DNA of 64,000 nucleotides from Oculina patagonica (Eukaryota): NCBI RefSeq assembly GCF_052425735.1, contig NC_135760.1, positions 5,890,001 to 5,954,000 of the forward strand, read 5' to 3'. Shown piece by piece: positions 61,941 to 64,000 of this stretch (position 1 is its first letter; each line of letters starts with the position of its first letter). The notes under the pieces were generated by a model. It saw only the letters and a program-made list of their open reading frames with translations, ran no database searches and was not told where the DNA came from. The position numbers and the translations under genes were made by a program.

Positions 61941-62867
61941 CTAATTCTCGCGATTCCCACGAAATAAGTAAGCCAAACATCTGTAATATTCTGCGCGGAA
62001 TCGAGCGTTTAACATGCAGTAAATAACAGGGTTAATGCACGCGTGAAAGTTATCCAGGACGTCGGAAAACTTAAGGAGAATATCAATAGCTTTATCCTGA
62101 CTTGATCCGCCGTTTCCAAAATCCATCAACAGCCACGCCACTTGCCCGGGAAAAAGACAGATTGCGAACAAGATCACAACTGCGGCTAAAGTCCTGATAG
62201 CCTGGTTTCTCCTCTTGATCCTTCTCGCCTCGGCTGCGATCTGTTCCTCGGTGGCAAAACTTCCACTGCGTGCGATGTCACTGCTATTCAGGAGGAACCT
62301 TGCGATTTTAGCATACACGATGGTTATGATGAAGAGTGGGATCAGATACTGTAGGAGAAACAGCGCCAACGTGTATGCTTGCCTGTGGCTGAAGCTAGGC
62401 CAGTTCTCTTCGCATTCGCCTGTGTCCGAATTAAAGTTCGTAACGACAACAAGGGGCAAAACAACGACGAAGGAGGAGAACCAAATGCCAGCTATCCAAG
62501 TGTAGGTCATCCGTTTGCTCGGTTTGGGCCGGTAAGGCAGGACAATTGAACGACAGCGTTGGAGAGCCATGGAAGTGATGGTGAATATACTCAGGAGATA
62601 GAAAATTGTGAACCAAGGCCAACCTACGCGGCAGTATATCTCGGACTTTTCAATTTCACCAAACATTTCGTACGTCGACAACGGTAGTATAGCAATGATG
62701 AACAGCAGGTCTGATATCGCTAGATTTTGCACTAGCATTTGATACGCAGACTTGTTCTGTCTCTTGCGACAAATCACAATAATAGTTAGCAGGTTACCGA
62801 TGAATCCCACAACAAATATCGCAGTATTGACTGCCAGTTTTAAGTAAGTTTTTGGCTGAATTTCCAT
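61941..62867 (-). CDS. Intronless class A (rhodopsin-like) GPCR of neuropeptide-receptor type, 308 aa
   Basis: Seven hydrophobic segments. GN in TM1, NLAISD in TM2, ALQRC at the DRY position, TM4 W...P, ECL2 CEENW, YLIP in TM5, FAICLFP in TM6, NPVIY in TM7, helix 8 NARFR. Confidence 0.95.
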   Translation of the reverse strand: MEIQPKTYLKLAVNTAIFVVGFIGNLLTIIVICRKRQNKSAYQMLVQNLAISDLLFIIAILPLSTYEMFGEIEKSEIYCRVGWPWFTIFYLLSIFTITSMALQRCRSIVLPYRPKPSKRMTYTWIAGIWFSSFVVVLPLVVVTNFNSDTGECEENWPSFSHRQAYTLALFLLQYLIPLFIITIVYAKIARFLLNSSDIARSGSFATEEQIAAEARRIKRRNQAIRTLAAVVILFAICLFPGQVAWLLMDFGNGGSSQDKAIDILLKFSDVLDNFHACINPVIYCMLNARFRAEYYRCLAYLFRGNREN

Positions 62868-64000
62868 CGTTAAATCTTGTCGTCAGAACAAATGACTCAA
62901 ACTATAGTTTTCGACATTTTCCAACCAGTACCAGACGTTAATATTCTCTCGGATCAGCGCCGTGTCTTTCCTTTTGTCGACCAACGTTTTATTTGTTGAT
63001 CTTTGTCCTGATGGAAAATAAAATGAATTTGCGAACGAAAGATGTTAGCTTATTTATTACAAGAAACGCTAGCCGCCTGCCATGTCTCGTCATCTGTCAA
63101 ACCTCTCATCCAATAAAGATCGATCATTTTCGCGTATATTTCTCAGAAAATAAACATCTGAAACTCACGAAACTGCAACGCGAGCATAAGCCTACTCTAT
63201 GCGTTCGGTGAGCTGGGAGCATGGAAAAGAAGGGCGATTGAAAAAAAAAATAGACGAGGGTTTAGTCGGAGAGAGGCGGCGAAAAGCCTCATACCATTTT
63301 TTCACTTGCCGTTCTTTTTCGATAATCCCGTTTCTTCGCGCTCGCTTCAAACAGCCTACAAGAGCTGCGACAATTTATATCTATTAAAAAAAACAGAAAA
63401 AAACAAACTTGAGATTCTTGTAGGCGCAAATTACCTGTGTAGTCTGAAGGAAAAATTAATGGCTTAAAAGACAAAGTTAATGAAAAATTGAAATTTACCT
63501 TTTCTTTAAGAGGATGGGTAATTAGCATTTGTATTTGGTAATTAGCAACGGAAAATAAATTTCGCATGGCAGGTAACTGATATATGTATGAAGAAGGCCA
63601 ATTTCAATTTCGTGGTAGGGCTTTGCTAACCCCGCCTAACCAACGTAGAAGCGCAATTTCGTTTACCGAGTGGCGAGGACACATCCGTTTACAAAATCGG
63701 TAATCTTAAAACGAGATTTATTCTGTTGACATCTGTTAGCAAAATGTATTTTTTTCTTATCTAACTGGATCGTTCGTTAAATTCTTCGCCGACGGTAAAC
63801 TTTAGATTTCCCAAAAAAAAAAAAAACCCGAGAGGCTGTTAATTAAATTGTGGCGTTCGATTTTCTAATTCAATGCCGGATTATCCTCCCCACAAAACAT
63901 CCGTCGCCATATATCCTTCCGACAGTTGTCACCGATTTACCGCGGAGAATAGTAAATTTACATATATCATTAATCTAAACACAGCGCGAAATCACGAAAC

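Overview
AT-rich, intron-containing animal DNA. The repeat families and gene style suggest an anthozoan cnidarian such as a stony coral; this is inference, not proven. The ORF track largely misses the main content. Splicing by hand at GT/AG sites gives a + strand tandem cluster (about 1.3-58.2 kb) of 7 genes plus 1 orphan first exon, all encoding secreted cysteine-rich prepropeptides. Exon 1 encodes a signal peptide, an acidic pro-region (up to 8 copies of a 15-aa repeat), a KR or R cleavage site and 5-6 mature residues. A phase-0 exon carries 6 Cys (C-x5-C-x4-CC-xn-C-x9-C). The last exon carries 4 Cys plus a Pro/Thr tail or an EPGSGD tail. The 10-Cys pattern and the intron positions resemble the prokineticin/MIT1/astakine/Dickkopf-CRD2 (colipase-fold) family, but there is no AVIT motif. 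In three genes the 6-Cys exon is tandemly multiplied (3-4 divergent copies), and the extra copies have shortened, knottin-like spacing. One gene is a fusion of two paralogues and may encode a polyprotein with an internal spacer exon. The cluster is heavily invaded by mobile DNA: a BEL/Pao LTR element, TTAA-, TTA/TAA-, GTA- and TA-site TIR elements, Penelope, RTE and CR1-like fragments, and SINEs. An intronless class A peptide-type GPCR lies convergently at 61941-62867. All exon structures are predicted from sequence only, with no transcript evidence.
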